Assembly: GCA_041690135.1 (NCBI GenBank)
Contig: JAWLHY010000007.1
Location: 359,261 to 423,260 of the forward strand
From: Armatimonadota bacterium
GTDB taxonomy: Bacteria > Armatimonadota > SYMT01
Direction of reading: 5' to 3'
Length of the DNA stretch: 64,000 nucleotides
The notes under the pieces were generated by a model. It ran no database searches. It was not told the DNA's origin and worked only from the letters and a program-made list of their open reading frames with translations. Positions 34,742 through 43,712 of the stretch are shown in pieces. The position numbers and the translations under genes were made by a program. Each line of letters begins with the position of its first letter. The first letter of the stretch is position 1.

Positions 34742-35422
34742 CTACCGTCTCGAATTCCACGCTGACCTCAGCTCTTCTTGCAGACGCTGGGCGGCGCGGA
34801 CCTCTTCGGTGTATTCAGGGTTTTCTACCAGGCGGACGTTGGGGTCCATCGAACTGGTGGTGGTTCCGGGTCGGCTGGCACCTTTGCGGTAGAGGGTGTT
34901 GTGCCCGGCGGTGGCGAGATAGCGAGGGGAGCGGACGGTGCGCAGTACCAGTCCTTCGGTCAACTGCAGGGAGCCTTTGAGACGCCGGATCATGTCGGCC
35001 AGGCGACGGGCCGGGATGCGCTGCGGGGGGACAGTGTCTCGTTCCAGGGCGGACAGGAGCTGGAAGTCGATGGCGTATTTGCGGGCCGCTTCCGACACGG
35101 TAAGCCCGGCCTGGGTTCGCAAGAAGGCGAGGTAGTCGCCCAGGCTGGCGGGGCGTTTCCGGGCTTCTGTCTGCTCACCATAGCGGAGATCCGCCTCGGC
35201 TCGCGCAGCCAGATCGTTGAGGCGGGTCGCGAGGGCCCGATCGAGTTCTACCGGCTGGGCCAGCCTTTCCAGGAGGCCGGTCGCTTCCTCCGAGAGGAGC
35301 ATTCCTTCCCGTTCCGGGTCGGCCAGGTGGGAGGCCAGCTGTTCCCAGAGTTCTCGGTCCTCCGGAGCGACTTCCGGAGTCTCATGGAGGGCGTCCGGCA
35401 CTGGGCTCTCTTCAGGGGTCAT
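34742..35422 (-). CDS. XRE-type helix-turn-helix protein, candidate anti-sigma or repressor
   Basis: SLGDYLAFLRTQAGLTVSEAARKYAIDFQLLSALERD with an acidic N-terminal extension. ATGA overlap with the sigma gene. Confidence 0.72.
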   Translation of the reverse strand: MTPEESPVPDALHETPEVAPEDRELWEQLASHLADPEREGMLLSEEATGLLERLAQPVELDRALATRLNDLAARAEADLRYGEQTEARKRPASLGDYLAFLRTQAGLTVSEAARKYAIDFQLLSALERDTVPPQRIPARRLADMIRRLKGSLQLTEGLVLRTVRSPRYLATAGHNTLYRKGASRPGTTTSSMDPNVRLVENPEYTEEVRAAQRLQEELRSAWNSRR

Positions 35423-36057
35423 GTCGAGGGGGTCTCCAGGGGCTGTTCCAGCGCGGCCAGCACGGGGTGTTCGCGGGCGAGTTGGAGGAAGCGGGAGCGT
35501 GCCCGCTTGAGATATTGCGCGATCTGCTTGCGCGGGATCCCGGTAGCGTCTGCGATTTCTCCCCGGTCACACGCGCCGACGTGCTCCATTTCCAGCAGGG
35601 TGCGGTAACGCGGGTTCTCGGCGTCCATGCGCTCCAGCACCGCTTCGACAGCGTCGGCTAGGGACGCGTCGGGCTCGGCGGAGGCCGCCCCCTCCGTTCC
35701 CGGTGCGAAGGTGCGGGCGGAGATTTCTTCGTTCAGGGGAAGGCAACCGCAGAGGGGATCTTCGCGCGTGGAGCGGGTCAGGTCATCCAGGGCCACCCGG
35801 GCGGCCAGGGTGTAGAGCCACGAAGGGAGCGAACGGCAGGGGCTCTCCATCCGCGCCAGTCCGAGGTAGGCCTTGTAGAGGGCGCGGCCGAGCAGGTCTT
35901 CCGCCTGATCGCGGTTGCCCCGGCACATCTTCAGCAGGAACCCGAGGAGCTTTGGCCCGTACCGGGCATGCAACTGCCGGAACGCCTGTGTACGCAAATC
36001 CGGGTCCCGCATCCCCCGGCAAATCTCGTCATCGCACCAGTCACGCCGCGCGCCCAC
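35419..36057 (-). CDS. ECF RNA polymerase sigma factor
   Basis: Region 2 (QAEDLLGRALYKAY, SWLYTLAARVALDDL) and region 4 (GEIADATGIP...YLKRARSRF). Confidence 0.85.
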   Translation of the reverse strand: MGARRDWCDDEICRGMRDPDLRTQAFRQLHARYGPKLLGFLLKMCRGNRDQAEDLLGRALYKAYLGLARMESPCRSLPSWLYTLAARVALDDLTRSTREDPLCGCLPLNEEISARTFAPGTEGAASAEPDASLADAVEAVLERMDAENPRYRTLLEMEHVGACDRGEIADATGIPRKQIAQYLKRARSRFLQLAREHPVLAALEQPLETPST

Positions 36058-36352
36058 TCGGCTCTCTCCTCACCCCCGGCTCCCCGCTGATCCTAATGAC
36101 GGCGTGGGCTAACGCGGGCCGTGTCGCGTTTACGCCAGCAGTGCCTGCGACAGAGGTGCGCTGCGGCGCCGGTTGAGCCCTATAACCCCTGGTCCCCCGA
36201 GGGGGCTGCCAACCCAGAACCCCTCCCGCCCACTCGTACCCACCCCAGCCACCAGGGCCCCCAACCTTCAACCTTCAACTTCAACCTTTAGCCCCCGCGG
36301 GGGGCTGCCAACCCGGAACCTCGTCCTGCCAAATCGCAACCCACAGTGGACC

Positions 36353-37141
36353 TCAGCTGCTGGCGCTGGAGTAGGCCCGCAGGCCGATCCTCCAGAACAG
36401 GATGCTGCCCGCCAGCAAGCCGCCGGCGAAGAGAGCACCAAGGCCCAGCCACGGCAGGGGTAGCTTTCCGAAGAGGGCGCGGGCCGGAAAGGAGGCCACG
36501 AACGCGAGGGGGATGGCGTACACGAAGAGGCGCCATGCCCAACCGCGGAAGATATCGACCGGATAGCGGGCCACGTGGAAGACCATATCCGAGAGCACGG
36601 CCAGGTTATCGATCCGGATCAGCCAGAAGGAGAGGGTCATCAGCAGCGTGTAGATGCCGTAGTAGATCAGCAATCCGCAGCCGCACAGAAACAGGTACGC
36701 CGCCAGGGGTCCGGGAGCGGGAACCTCCTGGGCCAGCCAGAGGCCGTACAGGATCACCAGGAACGCTCCGGCCGTGCTGCCGATCCCCTCCAGGCGCACG
36801 TACCGGGTCGAGACCAGGAACAGCGACGACACCGGTTTCGTGATGACGAAGTCCAGCGTGCCGAGGCGGACCATCTCCGGCAGACGGCTGAGGTTCTGAT
36901 AAGCGACGATGCTGAACAGCCCCTGGACCAGGCCGAACGTGCCGGTGAGCACCATCGCCTCCGCCTCGGACCAGCCGGCGATCCGGGGCGTGTTGAGGTA
37001 GATGACCTTGATGAACGCGACGAAGAAGAGGAGCCAGCCGGCGTTGGTGATGACGTTCGCCCAGAAATTGGCGCGGAACTCCGCCTCCCGTGCGAGGCAG
37101 TTCTCCCAGAAGACGCGGTAGAGGCGCAAGTAGCGGAACAT
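36353..37141 (-). CDS. ABC-2 family transporter permease
   Basis: MFRYLRLY...EFRANF...GTLDFVITKP...RYPVDIF. True start is the ATG at 37141. Confidence 0.85.
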   Translation of the reverse strand: MFRYLRLYRVFWENCLAREAEFRANFWANVITNAGWLLFFVAFIKVIYLNTPRIAGWSEAEAMVLTGTFGLVQGLFSIVAYQNLSRLPEMVRLGTLDFVITKPVSSLFLVSTRYVRLEGIGSTAGAFLVILYGLWLAQEVPAPGPLAAYLFLCGCGLLIYYGIYTLLMTLSFWLIRIDNLAVLSDMVFHVARYPVDIFRGWAWRLFVYAIPLAFVASFPARALFGKLPLPWLGLGALFAGGLLAGSILFWRIGLRAYSSASS

Positions 37142-37146
37142 CGGCG

Positions 37147-37938
37147 CTACATTCCCACGGCCGTATAGTGTCGCAGCCCGAAGCGCCAGAGCAGGCGAGT
37201 CGCAAGGGCCGCGCCGCCCAGCCAGAAGGCCATTGCCAGGAACCCGGAGGTCACTTCCGCGGGCGAGAGACGGTTCATGAAGATCTCCGCGGCGAAGGCG
37301 AGGGTGTAGCGGAACGGGAGCAGGCGCGCCGCGCTCTCCGCCCAGCCCGGGAGCAACGCCAGGGGGACGATCTCGCCGGAGAGAAAGCTCATCGGCATGT
37401 AGTAGAACATGTAGATGCTGCGGACCTCGGTAAAGAACAGCGCCAGCAGGCCGATGGCGTAACTCACCAGGAAGGAGAGTAGGTGCCCGCCCACGACGGC
37501 GGCCCAGAACGTCCAGCCCAGGTGGTACCCTTCCCACCGCAGGAAGCGCCAGAACAGCAGCATGCAGACTCCCAGGATCGGGATGAAGAGCACGCCCCGC
37601 ATCATGCGCCAGGAGAGGCTTCCGGCATACTGGTACGCCATGTAGCTCATCGGGCGGGTGAGGTAGATCGAGAAACGGCCTTCCCGGATCTCCGTGGCGA
37701 TGTCCCACATCACGTGGCTGATCATCAGGTTGGTGAGGCAGAGCATCACCAGGTAGTAGGTGACCATGCCGCTGGGGGTGAACCCGCCGATGGCGGGTCG
37801 CCCGTTGTAGCTGGCGAGCCACACGATCGGCATCAGGACCGCCGGAACGGTGTCCGTCATCATCCAGATGACGGCCTGGCTCCGGTAAGTCAGGTTGTCC
37901 TGCAGGTAGACCGAGAAGACGGTGGTCCACTTGCGCAA
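37147..37938 (-). CDS. ABC-2 family transporter permease
   Basis: TYRSQAV, IREGRFSIYLTRP and LSGEIVPLALLP. Confidence 0.85.
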   Translation of the reverse strand: MRKWTTVFSVYLQDNLTYRSQAVIWMMTDTVPAVLMPIVWLASYNGRPAIGGFTPSGMVTYYLVMLCLTNLMISHVMWDIATEIREGRFSIYLTRPMSYMAYQYAGSLSWRMMRGVLFIPILGVCMLLFWRFLRWEGYHLGWTFWAAVVGGHLLSFLVSYAIGLLALFFTEVRSIYMFYYMPMSFLSGEIVPLALLPGWAESAARLLPFRYTLAFAAEIFMNRLSPAEVTSGFLAMAFWLGGAALATRLLWRFGLRHYTAVGM

Positions 37939-37949
37939 GGCGGCAGTGA

Positions 37950-39311
37950 TTACAGCAACTCCTCGATCACCCGTCCCTCGTCCAGCGGGAGGATGTACTG
38001 CGGGCGGCCCGTGTGGTCCTCGAAGGTCAGATCGCGGCTCAGGCCGAGGTGGTGGTAAATTGTCGCCTGCAGATCCGCGGGGACGATCGGGTTGTCGGTA
38101 GGGTACTCCGCCCTGTCGTTGGTGGCGCCGAGGACCTGGCCGTGCTTGAAGCCGCCTCCCGCCAGCAGCAGACAGCTCGCCTGGGCCCAGTGATCCCGGC
38201 CCGCATCCTTATTGATGCCTGGGGTGCGTCCGAACTCGCCCGCGGCCACGACCAGGGTGTCTTCCAGCAGGCCGCGCTGATGGAGGTCCTCAATCAGGGA
38301 GGCCAGCATCCGGTCGTGCCGGGGCAGCTTGCCGTCCATTGCCGCCTTGATGTTGCCGTGGTCGTCCCAGTACCCGGTGTTGCACACGACGAACCGAGCT
38401 CCGGCCTCGATCAGGCGACGGGCAAGTAGCGCGTTCTGGGCCCAGGTGTCTTTGCCGTAGAAGTCGTGGACGGTCGCCGGCTCCTTGCTCAGATCGAACG
38501 CTTCGTGAGCTTTGCCGGACACGACCATGCCCAGCGCCTTCTGCTGCGCGGCATCCAGGTCGCGCTCGGCCACGGCCCGGTCTATCTCCCGGCGGAACTG
38601 GTCCATGTCTTTCAGGAGCGACTGGCGGCGCAGATAGCGGACGGTGGAGAGGCCGTCGATCGGCTTCAGGTCGTTGGTCTTGGCCACCGGGAGCTGCGGG
38701 CCCTCATTCCCGTAGCTCTCATCACCGGTGCGAATGGGATGGTACTGCGCGCCCAGGTAGGCGGCCCCGTGATAACCGAAGCCGCCGTCGTTCATGATGA
38801 TGTAGGGCGGCACTCCTTCCCGGCGTGGCCCCAGGGCGCGCGCGGCAATCGAGCCCATTGAGGGAAAGCGCGGACGCTGGTCGCCGCCCGTCGCACCAAG
38901 GTAGCCGGACAGCAGCCAGTGAGCGGCGGCGTAATGGTCGTTGTTGGTGTGGTGGAAGGCCCGGTGGATGGTCACCTTGTCCATCACTTTCGCCATTCGC
39001 GGGAGTAACTCGCAGATCTCCAGGCCGGGGAGATTGGTCTTGATTGGCTTGAACGGACCCCGCACCTCCGCCGGCGCCTCCGGCTTCATGTCGTAGGTTT
39101 CGAGCTGCGTCTGCCCGCCGTGAAGCCAGATCAGGATGACGTTCTTGTTGCTGCGCGCGGGCGTTCCGACCTGGGCCGCCTGCGCTTCTTCCAGCCGCAG
39201 CACGTCCGTCAGCGTTAGCCCCAGGCCGCCCAGGAACCCGGCACGCAGGAAGTCACGCCGCGTCGTGCCGTCACACAGGCGCTGGACGGGTCCGGATTCG
39301 ATCTGCAGCAT
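37950..39311 (-). CDS. DUF1501 domain protein
   Basis: TRRDFLRAG, LIWLHGG, ARRLIEAG, WDDH and GEFGRTP..N...GRDHW. Confidence 0.9.
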   Translation of the reverse strand: MLQIESGPVQRLCDGTTRRDFLRAGFLGGLGLTLTDVLRLEEAQAAQVGTPARSNKNVILIWLHGGQTQLETYDMKPEAPAEVRGPFKPIKTNLPGLEICELLPRMAKVMDKVTIHRAFHHTNNDHYAAAHWLLSGYLGATGGDQRPRFPSMGSIAARALGPRREGVPPYIIMNDGGFGYHGAAYLGAQYHPIRTGDESYGNEGPQLPVAKTNDLKPIDGLSTVRYLRRQSLLKDMDQFRREIDRAVAERDLDAAQQKALGMVVSGKAHEAFDLSKEPATVHDFYGKDTWAQNALLARRLIEAGARFVVCNTGYWDDHGNIKAAMDGKLPRHDRMLASLIEDLHQRGLLEDTLVVAAGEFGRTPGINKDAGRDHWAQASCLLLAGGGFKHGQVLGATNDRAEYPTDNPIVPADLQATIYHHLGLSRDLTFEDHTGRPQYILPLDEGRVIEELL

Positions 39312-39499
39312 GGTCGGCCTCCTGCGACTCCTTGAGTGGGTGCCCCTCTAGTTATGAGTGGACAGGGGCCGGGGAGTGTTGCATGGAAACCGGGTCGAGG
39401 AGTAGGGGAATTTGGGGTTGTGGCAGTATGGCGGTGGGAACATGCGTGCGATGTTTACCCGGTGGCGTCTGAAAGCCCGAACACCTGAACACCCGATCC

Positions 39500-40468
39500 C
39501 TATTCCATCTCCAACTCCAGGATGTCCCGGTCCAGAGACAGGATCTGAGTGCGCAGGGTGTGGACCTGGGTCTGCATCCGGTTGTAGCGCTCATCGGTGG
39601 AGGGCCCCGGCGAGAGCGCCGCTGCGGTACCGGACCAGATAAGGCCCGCGGCGCCCACGGCCACCGCCGGGATGAGCACCACCGGGCTGGCCGCGGCGAG
39701 GGCCAGGTGCACGCCCACCGAGACTGCCGCCCCGGCCGTTACCGAGAGGCCACTGATGGGGTTCAGCTCCCATGGCCGGGGCGTGGCGGCCAGGTTCTTG
39801 CGCCGGGCAGCCAGTTGTGTTTCCGTCTGCCTGAGTTGCCGTTCGAGGTGAGTACGTCGCGTCCGCTTCTCGCGGAGGAGGCGGTGGCGAGCGCGCCAGA
39901 GGGTCAGCAGGGTGGTATAGAGGGCCTGGTTTCCCTGGGCCGTCCTGGCCGTCATGGTGATCCGGATCGGGCCGTTTGCCGCGTCCGGAACGGGCAACGG
40001 GAGAGGAATGTTCTCCAGGGCGGCAGCCACGGCACGTACACCCGCGGATTGCTGCAGCAGCGCCTCCAGCGTGGGGTGGCAGAAGGCATTGTCATCATCG
40101 ACGTCTTCGAGGGTGGGCGGTGGAAGGACGTTGCTATCCCAGGCGGAGAGCGCGGCCTGCAGCACGGCCTGCTTGCGCACGAGCGGAGCCGGTTCCCAGC
40201 CCTGGCGGACGAGGCGGCCCAGGATTGCCTTTTCACGGGCGGGGACGGCGCTGGGTCCCCCCACCATCGGAGGCAGTCCCAACTTCCGTCCGGCCTGGTC
40301 GAGCAGCATGTCGTCCGTTCCGGCCGGGAAAATGCCCCAGGTATAGGCGCCGCACAGCCGGGCCAGGGCTCGGATGATCTCTTCGGCGACGGCGCCCGAG
40401 CGCACGCCGCAGGCCAGGGCCACCTGCCGCATCTCCTCCGGGTTCAGTTGTCGCAGGATACGGACCAT
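39500..40468 (-). CDS. Hypothetical membrane protein with coiled coils (weak YaaW-like resemblance)
   Basis: Long ORF with two C-terminal hydrophobic segments flanked by coiled-coil stretches. Confidence 0.6.
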   Translation of the reverse strand: MVRILRQLNPEEMRQVALACGVRSGAVAEEIIRALARLCGAYTWGIFPAGTDDMLLDQAGRKLGLPPMVGGPSAVPAREKAILGRLVRQGWEPAPLVRKQAVLQAALSAWDSNVLPPPTLEDVDDDNAFCHPTLEALLQQSAGVRAVAAALENIPLPLPVPDAANGPIRITMTARTAQGNQALYTTLLTLWRARHRLLREKRTRRTHLERQLRQTETQLAARRKNLAATPRPWELNPISGLSVTAGAAVSVGVHLALAAASPVVLIPAVAVGAAGLIWSGTAAALSPGPSTDERYNRMQTQVHTLRTQILSLDRDILELEME

Positions 40469-40552
40469 CGCCCAGGGTTCCCCTCACGCCGCTTACTTAC
40501 CCAACCTTATTGTAACGACGCGTGGGGGCAGAGAGATACCATAAACGAATAT

Positions 40553-40566
40553 AGAACAAATGTTTG
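40553..40566. promoter_or_regulatory. Candidate LexA (GAAC-N4-GTTY) SOS box
   Basis: AGAACAAATGTTTG in an AT-rich divergent intergenic region. Confidence 0.5.
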
Positions 40567-40647
40567 CATATGCCATGCCGGAGTGTTAGAATCAAGAACG
40601 ACTTTCGATTCGCTGGCGTGGGAGAAGAGGTAACCGGAATGGGTGCA

Positions 40648-40878
40648 ATGTCAGGACATTCGGAGCCGGAAGCGCGGCACGGGCGCGAGAGCCGGGTGGA
40701 CGAGGAGAGCGAAGCACAGCGTTTGGACCCGGAATGGGTGCGAGGCTGCTGCCCACGCTGCGGCGCAGAGCTGATCTCGAACTGCTACTACGTTGCGGGG
40801 CGCGGATACCTGGTGATCTGGGAGTGCTGGGCCTCCCAGGGTGCGGAGCCGAGCTGCGACTACCGGCGAGTGATCTAG
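40648..40878 (+). CDS. Small Zn-ribbon protein
   Basis: CCPRCG...NCYY...WECW...CDYRR. Start at 40639 or 40648. Confidence 0.65.
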   Translation: MSGHSEPEARHGRESRVDEESEAQRLDPEWVRGCCPRCGAELISNCYYVAGRGYLVIWECWASQGAEPSCDYRRVI

Positions 40879-41444
40879 CCCCAATCCGGCCGGGGGCCGC
40901 CGTAGCCCTGGCTGTCGATCCCGAAGGCGTCCGCGACGCGGTTGAAGAACGCAAACAGCGCAGTGATGTAGACCATCTCTGCGAGCTGCGGATCGGTCCA
41001 GCCGAGAGCGCGGAGGCGGTCCATGTCTTCGTCGGTGGTGCGGTAGGCGTGGCGAGTGATCTTCTCCACGATCCGCATCAATTCCCGCTCGGGCTCCGGC
41101 AGGCAGGCCGCCTCCACATCGCCCCGGGCGAGGGCGTTCACTGCTTCTTCTGTTTCACCCTGCGACCGCAGGAAAAAGCCGTGGCTCTCCGTTCAGTAGG
41201 GACACCGGTTGAGACCGGAGACCAGCGTGGCGATCATCTCCTTCGTCCGCCGGTCGAGATGCCCGTCGGAGAAGTGGAGTGTCCGGGAGAACTCCATCAC
41301 CTGCGCCAGGAAGTCCGGCCGCTGGGAGAAGCACTTCAGGATGTGCGGCACGAAATCGCGCCCGCTGGCCTCCATGTAGCCCCGGTAGACCTCGGCGATC
41401 TCCCCGGTAGCTTCGCTTTCTTCAATCCACTTGATCCTGGGCAT
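40875..41444 (-). CDS. AhpD/carboxymuconolactone-decarboxylase-like peroxidase, predicted selenoprotein (CxxU)
   Basis: Two track ORFs are in frame across a single TGA at 41193-41195, reading EMIATLVSGLNRCPY-U-TESHG. A SECIS-like hairpin lies at 41159-41172. Confidence 0.85.
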
Positions 41445-41471
41445 TAGAGAATCCTCACCACAGAGACGTGC

Positions 41472-42473
41472 TCATGAACGGCCGCCGCGTAGGCCCATCT
41501 TACGGCGCACCTGTTCCATCGTCCGTTGGGCGACGGTGCGGGCACGGGTGGCGCCGTGGTCGAGCGCTTCCCACACCCGCTCGGGGTGCGCGGCCAACTC
41601 CTCGCGGCGCTCGCGGACCGGGTTCAGCTCCGCCACGACGGCGTCCGCCAGGGCGGGTTTGAGCTCGCTGTACTTCAGGGTCCCCGCCGCATACTGTTCC
41701 TCGAAGTACCGGATCGTGTCCGCGCCCGCGAAACAGCGCAGCAGGGTGAAGAGGTTGGCGACGCCAGGGCTCATTTCCCCTTCGTGGGGACCCGTATCAG
41801 TCACCGCCCGGGAGATCTTCTTCCGCATCTCCTTCTCGGTGTCGGAGAGGCTGATGAAGCTGCCCTCCAGGCTCTTGCTCATCTTCTTGGTCGGCTCGTT
41901 GAGCGCCATGATCCGCTTGGCCGGCGTCAATTCCGCCTCGGGTTCGGGGAAAGTATTGCCGAAGCGGCTGTTGAAGCGCCGGGCGATTTCCCGGGAAAGC
42001 TCCAGGTGCTGGAGCTGGTCTTCACCCACCGGAACGATGCTTGCCTTGTAGAGCAGGATGTCCGCCGCCTGCAGCACCGGGTATCCGAGCAGGCCGGCGT
42101 TGATGTTTTCCCGGAACTGATCGCTCTTGTCCTTGAATTGGGTCATCCGCTCCAGGGCGCCGATCGAGCAGACGGAATTTAACACCCAGCAGAGCTCGGT
42201 GTGCTCGGGGACGCACGACTGAATAAAGAAGACGCACTTCTCTGGGTCCACTCCCGCAGCCAGGATGTCCAGGGCCGCGTCGTAGACCTTCTTCGACAAC
42301 GCCTTCGGCTGATAGGGAATCGTGATGGCGTGGTAATCCACGATGCAGAAGTAGCTCTCGTACTGGTCCTGCAGCCGCACCCAGTTCCGGATCGCACCCA
42401 CGTAGTTGCCGATGTGGATGGCGCCGGTCGGCTGGATGCCGCTAAAGACTCGGGGAGCTGGTTTCTCTGACAT
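41472..42473 (-). CDS. trpS: Tryptophanyl-tRNA synthetase
   Basis: FSGIQPTG.IHIGNY, YPVLQAADIL, VPVGEDQ.QHLE and KMSKS. Confidence 0.97.
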   Translation of the reverse strand: MSEKPAPRVFSGIQPTGAIHIGNYVGAIRNWVRLQDQYESYFCIVDYHAITIPYQPKALSKKVYDAALDILAAGVDPEKCVFFIQSCVPEHTELCWVLNSVCSIGALERMTQFKDKSDQFRENINAGLLGYPVLQAADILLYKASIVPVGEDQLQHLELSREIARRFNSRFGNTFPEPEAELTPAKRIMALNEPTKKMSKSLEGSFISLSDTEKEMRKKISRAVTDTGPHEGEMSPGVANLFTLLRCFAGADTIRYFEEQYAAGTLKYSELKPALADAVVAELNPVRERREELAAHPERVWEALDHGATRARTVAQRTMEQVRRKMGLRGGRS

Positions 42474-42600
42474 GTCGTGGTTCCTTCTCTCGCGCAATGG
42501 ACTCCATCAGTTTAGCAGAGCGGAAGCGTTTCGCGAATGAGTGCTTTCCGCGCGTGAGCGTGGCCGTTCCCGCGAGATCCGACTGCGGCGCCCTCTTTTG

Positions 42601-42692
42601 AACGACCACCGCGCGGGTTGGAAGTCCCACACCGGGTAGTCCTGGCGGACTACCCGGTGTGGGTGGGTCCGTTGGCACCGCCGGTGGTCGTT
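42601..42692. repeat. Nested inverted repeat / terminator-like hairpin
   Basis: Perfect 17-bp stem 42626-42642 / 42647-42663 inside an outer pair aacgaccaccg / cggtggtcgtt, immediately after the amidohydrolase stop. Confidence 0.7.
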
Positions 42693-43541
42693 TCAGTGGC
42701 CGGCGAAGGGCCGGGGGTAGAGGCGCTGGATGTTCTTATACAGGATCCACTCCCGGTCCGGGTCGCTGATCCAATCCCAGGAGCCGGTGTAGAGGGCGAG
42801 AGCCTGCTCGTAGCCGCATTGGTCGCGGACCAGGGGCCAGTCGGAGCCCCAGAGGCAGCGCTGCGGTCCGAACGTTTCGAACACTCGGCGGAAGATCGGC
42901 TCGGCCTTCCGGTAGGGGAAGCCTTCTTCCTTGGAGATCGCCCAGGGGTCGGTGATCTTTACGTGGACCGAAGGATATCGACTCAGCCGGAGGAGGTGCT
43001 GGAGCGAGGGGCCGTCCGGGCCTTCTTCCAGCGGTGGCCACCCGATGTGGTCGACGATCAGCGGGACCTGGGGATACCGCTCCGCCACGGCGGGGACCAT
43101 CGCCAGTTGCTCGATGTGGCTCAGCAGGTTCACCGTGATGCCAAGCTCGGCGATTTTGTCCCACAGCGGGAAGGTCGCGGGGTCGTAAAGCCAGGTGGAA
43201 GAACGGTCTGCGCAGGGTCGCAGCCGCAGGCCGGTGAACCCGCGCTCGCGGACCTCGTACTCCAGCCGTTGCGGTGCATCGGACCGGAGCGGATCCACCA
43301 GGCAGACGCCCGCGAACCGGCCCGGATACCGCTTCAGCACGTCCGCGACGTAGGAGTTGTCCGTCCCGTAGAAGATCACCTGGACCAGCACCGCGCCGGA
43401 TATCCCGTTGGTGTCCAGGACCTGCAGGAGTTCCTCTGCGGTGGCGGACTCCCTGGGTGGATGGGTCGTCTCCGGCGCCCACGGATAACGCTCCGTGTCC
43501 AGCGACCAGACGTGGACGTGGGGTTCAATGATCTTGAGCAT
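42693..43541 (-). CDS. Amidohydrolase_2 family protein (sugar lactonase-like)
   Basis: IEPHVHVW (HxH), IVDHIG and WGSDWP. Confidence 0.85.
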   Translation of the reverse strand: MLKIIEPHVHVWSLDTERYPWAPETTHPPRESATAEELLQVLDTNGISGAVLVQVIFYGTDNSYVADVLKRYPGRFAGVCLVDPLRSDAPQRLEYEVRERGFTGLRLRPCADRSSTWLYDPATFPLWDKIAELGITVNLLSHIEQLAMVPAVAERYPQVPLIVDHIGWPPLEEGPDGPSLQHLLRLSRYPSVHVKITDPWAISKEEGFPYRKAEPIFRRVFETFGPQRCLWGSDWPLVRDQCGYEQALALYTGSWDWISDPDREWILYKNIQRLYPRPFAGH

Positions 43542-43712
43542 TGGGTGATAGGCGTTAGGCGTTGGGCAATCAGGCCTTCAGGCGATGAAGTATTCAGGGA
43601 GTTGCCGGAACGACCCTCTTTGCTTTCTTCCTTTGCGGCTTGGCGTCTTTGCGCGAGACTTCCTTTTCCTTTCCGCGATCTTCCGCGTCTTCCGCGGGCA
43701 AATCCGGTTTGG

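Noticed and set aside
37142-37930. 525-aa fused permease ORF 36353..37930
   Set aside because: The upstream part is an alternative frame of the neighbouring permease. The real start is 37141.
42474-42692. Possible T-box riboswitch upstream of trpS
   Set aside because: No T-box UGGNACC antiterminator motif on the coding strand. The hairpins look like a terminator or REP.
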